Assembly (NCBI RefSeq): GCF_030028105.1
Contig: NC_092394.1
Location: 43,254,477-43,318,476 of the forward strand
From: Mobula birostris
Taxonomy: Eukaryota
Length of the DNA: 64,000 bases
Reading direction: 5' to 3'
The translations under genes and the position numbers were made by a program. Every line of letters begins with the position of its first letter. Within the stretch, counting starts at the first letter, position 1. Below are positions 1 to 13,400 of this stretch, one piece after another. The notes beneath the pieces are model-generated. The model was not told the origin of the DNA, ran no database searches, and worked only from the letters and a program-made list of their open reading frames with translations.

Positions 1-324
1 AGACAAACTCCAGACATCTTTACCACAGAGTTTTGAGAGATGATTCTTTGGATACACAAGCACCCCAAGCATTGACCAATGGAACAGATATGACAACAAC
101 CATGTTTGATGTGCAAAACAGTCAATCTGGTATTTCCTTGATTTCATTCTGGAGTGGGAGATGGAATCGCCTTCTTGTTTGTCATTTTGATGCAAACTAT
201 CTGAGCTCAAAATGTCTAATGGCTGGTCTAAAGCCTGGATCTGGGAGACATAGAATCATACTTGTGCACCACAGAGATAGGGTCCATACTACCAAAGCCA
301 AATCCATCTGCATCACATTAAATT

Positions 325-735
325 CACAGAGTTATAGTAAATTAAAGCACAGAAACAGGCCCTTTGGCCCATCTAGTCTGTGCCAAGCCATTTAAGCTGC
401 CTAATCCCATCAATTTGCACTAGGGCCATAGCTCTCCATACCCCTACCATCCATGTACCTCTCCAAACTTCTCTTAAACATTGAAATCGAGCTCGCATGC
501 ACCACTTGCACTGCCAGCTCGTTCCACACTTTCACCATCCTCTGAGTGAAGACGTTTCCCCTCATGTTCCCCTTAAACTTTCCACCTTTCACCCTTAACC
601 CATGACCTCACCCTTAACCCATGACCTCTGGTTGCAGGCCCACCCAACCTCCTTGGGAAAAAGCTTGCTTGCATTTAATCTATCTCATAATTTTGTATAC
701 CTCTATCAAATCTCCGCTCAATCTTCTATGTTCCA
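325..735 (-). mobile_element. CR1 3' fragment
   Basis: GNMRGNVFTQRMVKVWNEL...FKRSLERYM. Confidence 0.85.
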
Positions 736-799
736 AGCATTGTATCTTTCTATGCCTTGCCAATTTAATTGTCTACCTAAACATAGATTAAACATAGTA

Positions 800-1484
800 G
801 ATGGGAGAAGATGGTGGTGCGACGCAGCTCGCAATGGCCACTCCAGTGGTGATGTCTGTTATTTGTCAAGTAGGGTGCCGTGCACAATCCTGATTTGATG
901 GAGACGGACGTGAGAGCACAGAGGAACATCTGGTGAAACTTCTGAAATGCCTGCTTCGTTGCTGCTGCTACTGTGTGGTCCAGAATCTCCGGAGGAGAAG
1001 ATCCCGAGTCCTCGGCTTTGCTTGTTGCTCGGCAGCCAGGGCGGGGTCAAAGAGATTGGCAGTGGATGGTGCTCGGAGAGGCTGTGTCGGAAGGGCTGGT
1101 TGGAGGCTCGAAGTTTTCGGACGGACTAAGAGACCACTGCGATCGGATGCTTCCAATGGTGCTGCATCGGTAAGTTGGCGGCACTTAGGGGGTTCATGGC
1201 GGGGAGAATTCCTCCCTTCTGCTGCCTGCGTGAGATGATGAGTCTATCGGGACTTTGAGACTTTTTTTTACCATGCCCATGGTCTGCTCTTTATCAAATT
1301 TTGGTATTGTTTTGCACTGTTGTAACTATATGTTATAATTATGTGGTTTTGTCGGTTTTAGTCTTGGTTTGTCCTGTGTTTTCTTGTGATGTCATTCTGG
1401 AGGAACGTTGTATCATTTTTTAATGCATGCATTTCTAAATGACAGTAAATGAGGACTGAGTGTCCTCAATCTAATCTAATCTAA
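800..1484 (+). mobile_element. Non-autonomous LINE-dependent (SINE-like) element, full length
   Basis: 5' AAGATGG start, 3' hairpin gaggac-tgagt-gtcctc, (AATCT)n tail, TSD aaacatagta / aaacacagta. Confidence 0.8.
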
Positions 1485-2049
1485 AAACACAGTAATTGCA
1501 CCAAATTCCACCAGCTCTTGTCTGTGCAAAAAACGATGCCCTGAGCTGCAATAGCATTGTGCTAAACTCTACACTACAATGGAGCTGGGGTTTCAATATA
1601 GTCCCAGTAAAATTGCCCCATTGTCTTCAGGTAGGGTCAATGCATGGTCACGTCGGTTTCTAAAGCATATGTCAGAAAGGTAACCCACTCCCTTCACAGA
1701 GCTAGGTTTGTACGTATATCACCAGTTCAAACAAATTTGTGCTTCGTGTTACACTTGAAAGCTGGTTCTTGTATATCTTGGGAAATTAATGCCTGCAATA
1801 TTATATACCCTCTATGGCTTATTACTCCTTAACAATCTGAGGTATACAAAGGTCAATGGTGAGCAAGAGATGGATATTGAAGTCTTGGATCACACGTTGT
1901 GCTGTGAAAGTCAATCTATAGACCTGCCTGTTCAGGTAGAGATAAATATCTGAGCATAACATAGAAACATAGAAAACCTACAGCACAATACAGGCCCTTC
2001 GGCCCACAAAGCTGTGCCGAACATGTCCTTAACTTAGAACTACCTAGGC

Positions 2050-4790
2050 TTACCCATAGCCCTCTATTTTTCTAAGCTCCATGTAGCCATCCAGGAGTCT
2101 CTTAAAAGACCCTATCGTTTCTGCCTCCACCACTGCTACCGGCAGCTCATTCCACACACTCACCATCTCTGCATAAAAAAACTTACCCCTGACATCTCCT
2201 CTGTACCTACTTCCAAGCACATTAAATCCATGCCCTCTCATGTTATCCATTTCAGCCCTGGGCAAAAGCCAATCCATACGATCAATGCCTCTCATTATCT
2301 TGTACACTTCTATCAGGTCACTCCTCCTCCGTCGTTCCAAGGAGAAAAGGCCGAGTTCACTCAACCTATTTTCATAAGGCATGCTCTCCAATCCAGGCGA
2401 CATCCTTGTAAATCTCATCTGCACCCTTTCTATGGTTTCCACGTCCTTCCTGTAGTGAGGCGACCAGAATTGATCACAGTAATCCAAGTGGGGTCTGACC
2501 AGGGTCCTATATAGCTGCAACGTTACCTCTCGGCTTTTAAGTTCAATCCCACGATTGATGAAGGCCAATGTACCATATGCCTTCTTAACCACAGTGTCAA
2601 CCTGCATAGCAGCTTTGAGTGTCCTATGGACTCGAATCCCAAGATCCCTTTGATCCTCCACACTGCCATGAGTCTTACCATTAATGCTGCACTCTGCCAT
2701 CATTTTTGACCTACCATAATGAACCACATCGTATTTATCTGGGTTGAACTCCATCTGCCACTTCTCAGCCCAGTTTTGCATCCTATCAATGTCCCGCTGT
2801 AACCTCTGACAGCCCTCCACACTATCCACAACACCCCCAACCTTTGTGTCATCAGTCAATTTACTTCCCATCCCTCCACTTCCTCATCCAGGTCATTTAT
2901 AAAAATCACAAAGAGTAGGGGTCCCCAGAAAAGATCCCTGAGGCACACCACTGGTCACCGACCTCCATGCAGAATATGACCCGTCTACAACCACTCTTTG
3001 CCTTCTGTATGCAAGCCAATTCTGGATCCACAAAGCTAGGTCCCCTTGGATCCCATGCCTCTTTACTTTCTCAATAAGCCTTGCATGGGGTACCTTATCA
3101 AATGCCTTGCTGAAAATCCATATACACTACACCTACGGCTCTACCTTCATCAATGTGTTTAGTCACATCCTCAAAAAATTCAATCAGGCTTGTAAGGCAT
3201 GACTACTCCTAATCATATTATGCCTCTCCAAATATTCATAAATCCTGCCTCTTTTTCATCAACTTACCAACCACTGAAGTAAGACTCACTGGTCTATAAT
3301 TTCCTGGGCTATCTCTACTCCATTTCTTGAATAAGGGAACAAATCCACACCCTCTAATTCTCCGGAACCTCTCCTGTCCTCATTGATGATGCAAAGATCA
3401 TCGCCAGAGGCTCAGCAATCTCCTCCTTTGCTTCCCACAGTAGCCTGGGGTAATCCCATCCGTCCTGATGACTTATCCAACTTGATGCTTTCCAAAAGCT
3501 CCAGCACATCCTCTTTCTTAATATCTACATGCTCAAGCTTTTCAGTCCATTGTAAGTCATCCCTACAATCACCAAGATCTTTTTCCATAGTGAATACTGA
3601 AGCAAAGTATTCATTAAGTACCTCTGTTATCTCCTCCAGTTCCATACACACTTTTCCACTGTAACACGTGATTGGTCCTATTCTCTCACGCCTTATCCTC
3701 TTGCTCTTCATATACTTGTAGAATGCCTTGGGGTTTTCCTTCATCCTGTCTGCCAAGGCCTTCTCATGGCCCCTTCTGGCTCTCCTAATTTCATTCTTAA
3801 GCTCCTTCCTGCTAGCATTATAATCTTCTAGATCTCTATCATTACCCATTTTTTGAACATTTCATAAGCTCTTCTTTTCTTCTTGACTAGATATACAACA
3901 GCCTTTGTACACCTCAGTTCCTGTACCTACCATCCTTACCCTGTCTCACTGGAACATACCTATGCAGAACCCCACTCAAATATCCCCTGAACATTTGCCA
4001 CATTTCTTCCGTACGTTTCCCTGAGAAGATCTGTTTCCAATTTATGCTTCCAAGTTCCTCCCTGATAGCCTTATATTTCCCCCTACTCCAATTAAATGTT
4101 TCCCTAACTTGTCTGTTCCTATCCCTCTCCAATGCTATAGGAAATAAGATAGAATTGTGATCACTATCTCCAAAATGCTCTCCCTCTGAGAGACCTGACA
4201 CCTGACCAGGTTCATTTCCAAATACCAGATCAAGTACAGCCTCTCCTCTTGTAGCTTATCTACATATTGTGTCAAGAAGCCTTCCTGAACACACCTAACA
4301 AACTCCACCCCATCTAAACCCCTCGCTCTAGGGAGATGCCAATCAATATTTGGGAAATTAAAATCTACCACCACAACAACCCTGTTATTATTACACCTTT
4401 CCAGAATCTGTCTCCCTATCTGCTCCTCGATGTCCCAGTTACTATTGGGTGGTCCATAAAAAAACACGCAGTAGAGTTATTGACCCCTTCCTATTCCTAA
4501 CTTTCACCCACAGAGACTCCGTGGACAACCCCTCTATGACTGTCTCCTTTTCTGCAGTCATGATACTATCCCTGATCAACAGTGCCACGCCCCACCTCTT
4601 TTGCCTCCCTCCCTGTCCTTTCTGAAACATCTAAAGCCTGGCACTCTAAGCAGCCATTCCTGCCCCTGCACCATCCAAGTCTCTGTAATGACTACAATAT
4701 CATAGCTCCAAGTACTGATCCATGCTCTAAACTCATCCACTTTGTTCATAATGCTCCTCATAGTAAAATAGGTATATCTCAAACCATCAG
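2050..4790 (-). pseudogene. CR1 ORF2 (AP endonuclease and reverse transcriptase), frameshifted
   Basis: ITETW, DFNFPNIDW, SDHN, KENPKAFYKY, TDDTKVGG (FADD variant), WQMEFNPDK, LYRTLVRPHL. Confidence 0.93.
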
Positions 4791-4914
4791 TCTGAGCACG
4801 TCCTTTCTCTATCACCTGCCTATCCTCCCTTTTGCACTGTCTCCAAGCTTGCTCTATTTGTGAGCCAACCTCTTTTTCCTCTGTCACTTCAGTTCAGTTC
4901 CTACCCCCCCAGGA

Positions 4915-5800
4915 ATTCTGGTTTAAACTCTCCCCAATAACCTTAGCAAACCTTCCTGCCAGGATATTGGTCCCCTTGGGATAAAAGTGAAACCCAAGCT
5001 TTTTGTACAGGTCACTCCTGCCCCAAAAGGGGTCCCAATGATTCAGAAATCTGTATCCCTGCCCCCTGCTCCAATCCCTCAGCCATGCATTTATCCTCCA
5101 CTTCATTCTATTCCTATACTCACTGTCACGTGCACAGGCAGTAATCCCGAGATGACTACCTTTGAGGTCCTGCTTCTCAACTTCCTTCCTAACTCCCTGT
5201 ATTCTGTTTTCAGGACCTCCTCCCTTTTCCTACCTATGTTATTGGTACCAATATGTACCACGACCTCTGTATTCTCCTTCCTACTTCAAGATATCGTGGA
5301 CGCGATCAGAAACATCCCAGACCCTGGCACCTAGGAGGCAAACTACCATCCGTGCTTCTTTCCTGCGTCCACAGAATCGCCAGTCTGACCCCCTAACTAC
5401 AGAGTCCCCTGTCACTGCTACCATTTCCTTTCCCTACACTTCTGAGCTACAGGGCCAGACACTGTGACAGAGGCGCGGCCACTGTTGCTTCCCCCAGGTA
5501 GGCTGTTTCCCCCAACAGTACTCAAGCAGGAGTACTTATTGTTAAGGGGTCAGCCATAGGGGTGCTCTCTAGCATCTGACTCCTACCCTTCCCTCTCCTG
5601 TCTGTTACCCACTTGTCTGTTTCCCCAGGTCCCGGTGTGACTACCTGCCTATAGCTCCTCTCTATCACCTCCTCACTTTCCTTGACCAGATGAAGGTCAT
5701 TGAGCTGCATCTCCAGTTCCCTAACATGGTTCCTAAGTAGCTGCAGCTCGACGCACCTGGTGCAGATGTGGCCATCTGGGAGGCTGGGAGTCTCCAGGAC
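4915..5800 (-). pseudogene. CR1 ORF1 (zinc finger / coiled coil + esterase)
   Basis: HICTRCVELQLL, GDSVVRG, INAWLRDW..GYRFLNHWDPFWGRSDLYK. Confidence 0.85.
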
Positions 5801-6715
5801 CTCCAAATCTGACATCAAGCACAGGAAAACCAGCCTCACACACATACTTTCTGTCTGCATTTTACACAAATATCCTCCCTCACCTTGACCCTTTATCACT
5901 GAAGCCCCATTGAGCCAAAGCTTTCCTGCTCTGTCTCCCTCTACTCTGATGCTGCTGTATAAATCTGTCTTCTTTTTAAACTCTCCTCGTTGTTCTCACT
6001 GGCTGACCTCCCAACGCTTGCGCAGTCATGCCCCGTTCAAATTGCTGAAGAATAAATACAATTCTGCCCCATTTTGTACAGCAAACCCACCACAGAAAGC
6101 TAAGTGATGCTCCAGGAAGCTAAGATCATTCGGTCAATTTAAGGACTAGGTGGGGTGAAGCTTGCAGCATGATTGCAAGATTTTACCCCAAATTTGAGGC
6201 TCTGCTACTTAACGTTACAAAATTTTAAAGGCTAGACCACCAAAAGATCTGCACAATCAGGGAGTATAATTGTTTCTCTTCTTTCTCTTTTCATTGAGAA
6301 GTACTTCTTAATGCACCTAAGAATAATAGCCTGTTGGAGAGCTCTAACAAAAGCTGAACATTGCTAAGGATCTCTATTCCTCTGACAGAGAGTAACCTCA
6401 TTAAAAATGACTGCCAGTGACTTAAAGTAAACTACATTAAACAATTTAATAACAGGTATATAATAGATAGTCTTTTATTTAGTAAATTGCATAATTTTAG
6501 ATATGATAGAGCTCTTAAAATGTTCCAGCTGGTGCCTGTGAGCTGGAGAAAATGAATCGGATGTGAGGCTATCCTGAACCAGGAAAGTCAAGAAAAGCTT
6601 CAACACGAGGATCATAGCGCTGAAACAGGGCCTTCACCCCAACTGGTCCATGCCAACCAAGGCACCTCTCCAAGTGTACCCCATTTGTCCATGTTTGGCC
6701 TATATCCCACTAAGC

Positions 6716-6797
6716 CACTCATTTCCCAACCTTTTTTTATGCCATGGACCCCTAGCATTAACTGAGAGGTCCGTGGACCCAAGGTTGGGAACCCCTG
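6716..6797. mobile_element. 82-bp hAT MITE
   Basis: TIR ...ttcccaacc / ggttgggaacccctg; 8-bp TSD cactaagc / gtctaagc; partial second copy at 13143-13197. Confidence 0.75.
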
Positions 6798-7202
6798 GTC
6801 TAAGCCTTTCCGATCCACGTACCTGTTATATTACCTTTTAAATGCTGTTAATGCACCTGCGTCAACTACTTCTGCTGTTAGCTCATTCCATATGCACTCT
6901 ATCCTCGAAGTGAAAATCTTCCCCTTCAGGTTCCTATTAAATCTCTCCCCTCTCACTTTAAACCTCTACCATCCAGGTCCTGATTCCAAACTCCTGGGAA
7001 AAAGACCATATGCAGTGACCCTATCTATGTCCACTATAATTTTATACACTTCCATTACAGCAACCTTCATTCCCCTAAGTACACTCCAACGGAAAAAGTC
7101 AGAAAATCCTCACCCTCTTTCACTTGAGTCCTGGCAACATCCCAATTAAGCTCCTCTGAACTCCTTCCATTATAATTGCATCTTTCCTATAGCTGGGTGA
7201 GC

Positions 7203-7612
7203 AGATTAGATTAGATTATGAGGACACGCAGTCCTCTTTTATTGTCATTTAGTAATGCATGCGTGAAGAAATGATACAATGTTTTTCCAGAATGATATCA
7301 CAGAAACACAAGACAAACCAAGACTGAAAAACTGACAAAAACCTCATAATTATAACATATAGTTACAACAGTGCGAAGCAATTTAGTAACTTGATAAAGA
7401 AGAGACCACGGGCATGGTACAGTCTCAAAGTCTCTCGAAATCCCCATCGTCTCACGCAGACGGTAAACCTCCAGCGCCGCAGACTTGCCGATGCAGCATC
7501 CGGGAAGCATCCGACTACAGTCCGACTCAGAGTCCGTCCGAAAACTCCGAGCCTCCGACCAGCTCCCCGACACCGAGCACCGAGCACCATCTCTGCCGAG
7601 CGCTTTGACACC
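7203..7612 (-). mobile_element. 5'-truncated copy of the 800-1484 family
   Basis: reverse-complement homology, same hairpin and (AATCT)n tail. Confidence 0.85.
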
Positions 7613-9275
7613 GGTCTGAACAGTATCCAAAATGCAACCTCACCAAAGTTGAACTGCAACACGGCATCTATACTCAATGCCCCGACCGATAAAGGCCAAT
7701 ATTTCAGAAGCCTTCATCATCTACCTGTGACACCACTTTCAGGAAACCATGCATTTGCTCTCCTAGATCCCTCTGTTCTACAATACTCCCTACTGTGAAA
7801 GTCCTAGCGTCAATTGTCTTCCCAAAGTGCAACACCTCCGACTTACCCAGATTAAACTCTACTTGTCATTCCTCAGCTGATGAATACTCTCTCTGATATT
7901 CCTGATAACTACCCTCACTACCAGGGTGATGAGGCAAGGGAACAGGAAGTGGCCATTCAGCCCCTCTAATCAGTTCTATCATTCAACAGGTAAGGATACC
8001 TCACTTCTCCCCACATTCTCTTAATCCATTGGCTAACAATAAACTATCAGTATTTGATTTACAATTCACAATTGACCCAGCACCAGCTGTCAAGGAGACA
8101 AGGTTAGTTTTGGTAAACTGAATTTGGAAGGTTGTTTTTTTTGAAAGAGCAAAGATCTCAAAAATTACTTTTAGTTGTCACATATACATTCATGTACATA
8201 CTGTAAGTTCTGAGAAAACATTAAAGTGTAAAGGATAATTTAAAAAATAAGGTGCTGGTAGGCTTGTAAATACAGAAAATACAGGAAATAGCTGGTCAAG
8301 CAGCATCTGTGGGAAGGGAAACAGATTTATTGTTTCAGGTTGAGGATGCTTCACCACTCAGTGATTTGGCTGGTTTTCAACTGAAATATTAATTCTCTAC
8401 AGTCATGCTAAGTATTTTCACTGTTTATTATTTTTTTATTTTTGAACCTTTTGGCTATAACTGAATTCCATTTAAAACTTCTCCGCCCTTTGCGCTGATG
8501 TGGTCATTTCAATCTGTATTGTGCAATCAAACAGAAATTATACAACAGAACCCAAGCAAAGTACCTGCAATTAGCTCTACCAAGTGAAATGCACATTTGT
8601 TCCAGACAGTTCAATAGAAATTGCTAGCTAGCTGTAGACTCAAAAGAATGTTTAAAACAGTAGAATTTAGAATTTAGAGATTAGAGGAATTCAGTGATGC
8701 AGAGGGAGAGGGGTTGGATGTTGAATTTTTAAAATTTCAGCAATAAATTAAAAAGAAAAATACAATTTTTTAATCATTAACCTTAATTAGTAAAGTTAAG
8801 GTGAAATATATGGATGTCAAATTTTACAGGATAACAGATTAATATACAATATCTATAAAGGGAATAGAGAAGGATTGCAAGGCTTCTTATGTTGACGGGC
8901 CCACTGGGATCTATTGCCTGTAATTCCCGCACCACACAGGGTCTTCAGGATAATCTGCATGCCCTGAGGACTGTGTGTACAGGAAATATCCCAGAGAGAC
9001 TGAGCTCAAACTCAGCAATTTTAAAACAAGGAACTGCTTGATCTTTACAGGGCACTGGGGAACTTGAGAGTTTCCAGGAGATAGTATTGACCAACCGAAG
9101 AGCTTGGGATGGTAAACAAGTGAGCACACCAAAGAGAAATGATATGTTTTCCAACTCCAGGAACTAATTGAAAAAAAAATACAAAACATATGTTTTGTCT
9201 ACTTAGTTTTTTTTTCCTAGTAAGACGCTCACATATGACGTGGCGGTGTGATGACATTGACCATTTACGTATTCC

Positions 9276-9618
9276 TTTTTTTTTGTAATTTATTTTTTAT
9301 TGAAGTTCATCATCAAACAAACATTTCCGTAAGATGTATTTCAGATATTGTACATATATATCATATCATCATATTTGCCACAAATCTCCACATAATATTT
9401 ATCTGAGGTGCAGTTTACACTTATAGAAAAGAGAAGAAAGAACAAGCAAAAGGAGAAAACTCTGTACAGAGTAGGGAGTGATTTTTTTTTACAACATATT
9501 CATTGACTTGTGAGAATAACATCAGGCCTATGAGGTATTATGCAGTTGAACCATTTTTCCCAGTATGAATCAAATTGTTTGAACTTATGATTAACAGATG
9601 CTGTTATCTTCTCCAGAA
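9276..9618 (-). mobile_element. L1-clade 3' fragment inserted in the Gypsy LTR
   Basis: poly(A) tail, LEKITAS..F..YWEKW C-terminus, TSD catttacgtatt / catttgcgtatt. Confidence 0.8.
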
Positions 9619-12055
9619 CATTTGCGTATTTCTTACATAAAACCCATAAAGAATTCTTAATCAAACAATATACAATATTACTCAAGTATTACTGAAATAC
9701 TGAATACACTATATGCCTCCCTGGTTATATATAAACTCCAACTCAATATAGAATACATCTCAACTCAAATATAACATATTGCTCTCTAGTCTATATATAC
9801 AGCGTATATACACACACACATACACTGTGTACTATATAATACAACTAATATATAGACATCCACAGCACTGTCAATTTTAAATTCTTCCATTCAGGCCTAA
9901 ATATTTAAGCACTATAGAGAATTTCTTACTCTTGTGGGATAACGTCTTTCTGACGGGGTGGGGGGGGATATTGTGGAGAGAGAAATCACTGTGCTCTTGG
10001 CAAGTGAGACTTGTGGCTGTGAAACAATCTCAGGTTCTGGGGCCTCCTCGATGGTGTTTGTAGGAGTTGACTCTGGACTCCAGGAGGTGGTTCTGACAGC
10101 TCTGCACACTTTTCCTCTCTGATAATTGGCTCTGCTCTCCTCAACTGATTGAGGTATCATCTCCTGATAACATGAAACCCAGTCTCCTGTGTGTCAGACA
10201 GTCATCCAATTCTGTTCTTAATCTTTTCAAGTTCCCACTATTAATCATTTCTGTAGTCCCTCACCTGGACTACTTGTTCAGGAGTGAAACATCAAACTCC
10301 TTGTTTAAGGAGCCCTCAATTTGTCCCAGCTGTTTGTTCTGCATACTGCTTCCCAGATTGGGTTTGAGGAAATCCAACTGTGAGCACAAAGGATGACTTA
10401 AGAACAACAAAGCAGGTGAGTTGTTGGTTGTGGAGTGTGCTGCATTGTGATATGCAAGGAGAAAATTAGTGAGCTTCCGATTCAGTATTAGCGTAGTGTG
10501 TTCTGCTGACATTGCTGGCAGTGTATTCTTTTGATTCTGGACAAACCATTTCACAAAGCCATTTGTAGCTGGGCAGTGTGGTACAGTTATAATATATCTT
10601 AATCCATCCATCTTCAGGAATGACTAAAACTGTTCCACAACAAACTGTGGCCCGTTGACACGGATTAAATGTCCTGGACACATCAACAGTGTGCAAGGCT
10701 GTAGTGGAGATTATTGGGAACACTTCTTGCCCCAAGGTAACCGCATCCACTGTAAGCAAAAAATTTGTGCCCGTGAACAGTCTGGTCCAGCCAAATTTAC
10801 GTGAACCCTCGGCCAGGGTAGTGTGGGCTATTCCCAGAGATGGAGTAGCATCTACTTGATGTATTAGCATCCCAAACACTGCATGGAAAGCTGCTCGATT
10901 TGCTGATCTATCCCAGGCCACCGGATAAAGGTTCGAGCCAACCCTTCCATTTTGACCATCCCTAGATGACTAGCATGTAGCTCCTCCAACTCTTTAGCTC
11001 TCAGCTTGGATGGTACAACTCTCAATCCCCACATTAGGCAACCCTCATCAAAAGCAAGCTCATCCTAGTCCTGGGTAAAAATGGAGGATCTGGAAATTAT
11101 GCTGCACATTCCAGTCATTTTGGCTTGTCATGTAAGACCTGAGAGAGTGTAGTATCTTCTCCGATTTCCTTTTGAATCATCCTTATCTTATTAGGGAGAC
11201 TTTCAATTTGCTTCAGGAAGAATATGTCAAGAGGAGTGTCCTCTTTTGTAAATTTTTCTGGTATTTCCTTCCCCAAGGGTAAATGGGACAATCCGTTATC
11301 AGTTTCATGATTAGCAGCTTCTTGAATTTGATTGTATAATTGTTTCCTTCAAGAAACAGACCCATGTCTGCATTAGTGCTGCTGCTGTTAGTGGATTGAA
11401 AATGGACACCAGTGGTTGATGATCAGTAATGAGGGCAAACTCTCTCCAATACTAGTACTGGTTGAAACGTTTTACACCCCAAACCTGACTCAAGGAATCT
11501 CGGTCAATCTGTGCATATCTTTTCTCTGCAGTAGTAATGGAACGTGACTTCACTTCCATCATTCATAACATGTGACATAACTGCACCTGCAACATGAAGC
11601 AAAGCATCACAGGCGAGTTTACTGGACAATGTGGAACAAAAATTTCTTAGTACAGTGTCCGATGTCACCATTTTGTTTGTCTTTTGGAAGGCCAGCTCAC
11701 ATTGCTTTGTCTATTGCCCTTTCTTTCCGATCTGTAGTACTGAGTTCAAGGGATGGAGCAAGGTAGCCACGTCTGACAGGAACCTATTATAATAATTGAC
11801 AAATCCTGAAAAGACTGCAACTATGACATGTCCTTTGGCCTTTGGGCATCCACCATTGCTTGAAATTTCTTAGCACATCTATGCATTCCTTGTGCATCAA
11901 TGGTGCGACCACAGTAACTGATGCTTGATTTAAAGAATTCACACTTATTGCACCGTGCTCAGAGTTCATGGTCTTCTAATCTCTTTTATAATGTCTTGAG
12001 ATCTTGGGATGTTCCTTGTCATCCTCAATGGTAATAATGATGTCATCCAGGTAAC

Positions 12056-12157
12056 TAAGGCAGCTCACCACTGCCTTCTGAAGGGCAACTAAGGATGGGT
12101 GATAAATGCTGGCTTAGCTGGTGACACCCACATCCCGTAAATGAATAAAAAAGAAGA
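12056..12157 (+). mobile_element. L2 3' end inserted just before the Gypsy YLDD codons
   Basis: aaggcagctcaccac...gggtgataaatgctggc...cccacatccc...aatgaataaaaa. Confidence 0.75.
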
Positions 12158-12859
12158 GTGCCTGGGCAGCCTCGCGGCTCCTGGTCCATGGCTTTCTGCC
12201 AGGGTGCAAGTGCAGATGCTACTCCAAAAATAAGCCTATTATAGCAATAAGGCCCTTTGCGAGTGTTTATGGTGAGATTCTTCTTCCATCTCCAAGTGTA
12301 GGTAGGCCTCTGCTAAGTCCACTTTACAAAAGTGTTTCCTTCCAGAAAGGTTTGCAAAGATATCCTCTATCCTGGGCAAAAGGAACTGATCTACATTCAG
12401 TATTGGGTTGATGGTGACCTTAAAATCACCACAGATCCTGACAGACTCCATCCTTCTTGACTTTGGGGGCACTGGCGTTACCATGGGTACCACTCAGCCT
12501 TTGGAAAGAATTCATTCAGCCTCCATGCAATCTAGTTCACTGGCTACTTTACCATGGATGAGCTGAATCTGTGCTTTATCATGGGTGGTTGCTCCCTCAA
12601 TTCATATAACTGGTAGAGGGGTCAACATCTTGAAACAATGCACTCTAGAAACTTGGCATCATTGGCCAAACTCTGTGCTAAATGTGAGGGGGACAGAGCT
12701 GAACAGTGATTGCAGCACTTTGAGAAGTTATCAACAACAACAGGCACAAATGGTGTATTGCTCCCAGTGGCAGGATAGAGTGCAAGGGAGATGAAGGGGC
12801 AGAATAGTCCACACAGGAGAACAGGCTAATGAAACTACACTGGGGGAGAGGGTGGTTGC

Positions 12860-13400
12860 ACAAATGGGGGTCCTGAGATCAAACGTTCAGCTGCAAGGTA
12901 CGATATTAACAAGCTGAACACTGAAGGCAGGAATTGTCAGTTTAGTCCCGGCTGCATGCCCCAGCAAGAATTAAAATGAGCAGATCAGGCAGGTTTACTT
13001 ATGGCTAATCACACAGCTTGGGAGAAAGGGCTTTAGATTCCTGAGACTCTGGAGCCAGTTCTGGCACAGGGGCGAGATGATGAAGTCAGGTGGGCCGCTT
13101 CTAATGAATCAGCCTATTAGTAGGTTTGGGAAGGGTATAAACCAGGGATTCCCAACCTCTTAAGCCATGGACCCCTACCATTATCTGAGAGGTCCACAAA
13201 CAATTGGTTTAAACCAACCAGCAATAGGATGCAAAACAGCATGTTGCAATGGAAAAGATGCCCAAACAACTGGAGGTGTTAGAGGGGAATAGGAAGTTGA
13301 AGCTGCTGGGTAGCGGCAACTAAGAGAGACGATGAATGGAGTGAACTTCTCAAAATATACAGTCCAGTATGTATCTGATGAGCTCCAGGTACAAATAGGT
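12860..13400 (+). mobile_element. Decayed CR1 ORF1 (esterase) remnant
   Basis: ggagaaagggctttagattcctgagactctggagccagttctgg resembles the GFRFL..W..FW block. Confidence 0.5.

Larger units (their letters stand above)
1958..6045 (-). mobile_element. Near full-length CR1 LINE
   Basis: (TTTCTATG)n 3' tail at left end; decayed ORF2 (APE + RT) and ORF1 (zinc finger + SGNH esterase). Confidence 0.93.
6610..7900 (-). mobile_element. Decayed CR1 3' fragment interrupted by a hAT MITE and a SINE-like element
   Basis: CR1 3' UTR and RT C-terminal remnants on both sides of the insertions. Confidence 0.7.
9140..12600 (-). mobile_element. Ty3/Gypsy LTR retrotransposon remnant: RT, RNase H, integrase, 3' LTR (~9140-9712)
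   Basis: VRICGDFKVTINP..LPRIEDIFANLSG, YLDD, PHCPATNGFV, RRYPTRVR; purine tract next to the LTR; 5' part missing. Confidence 0.9.
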
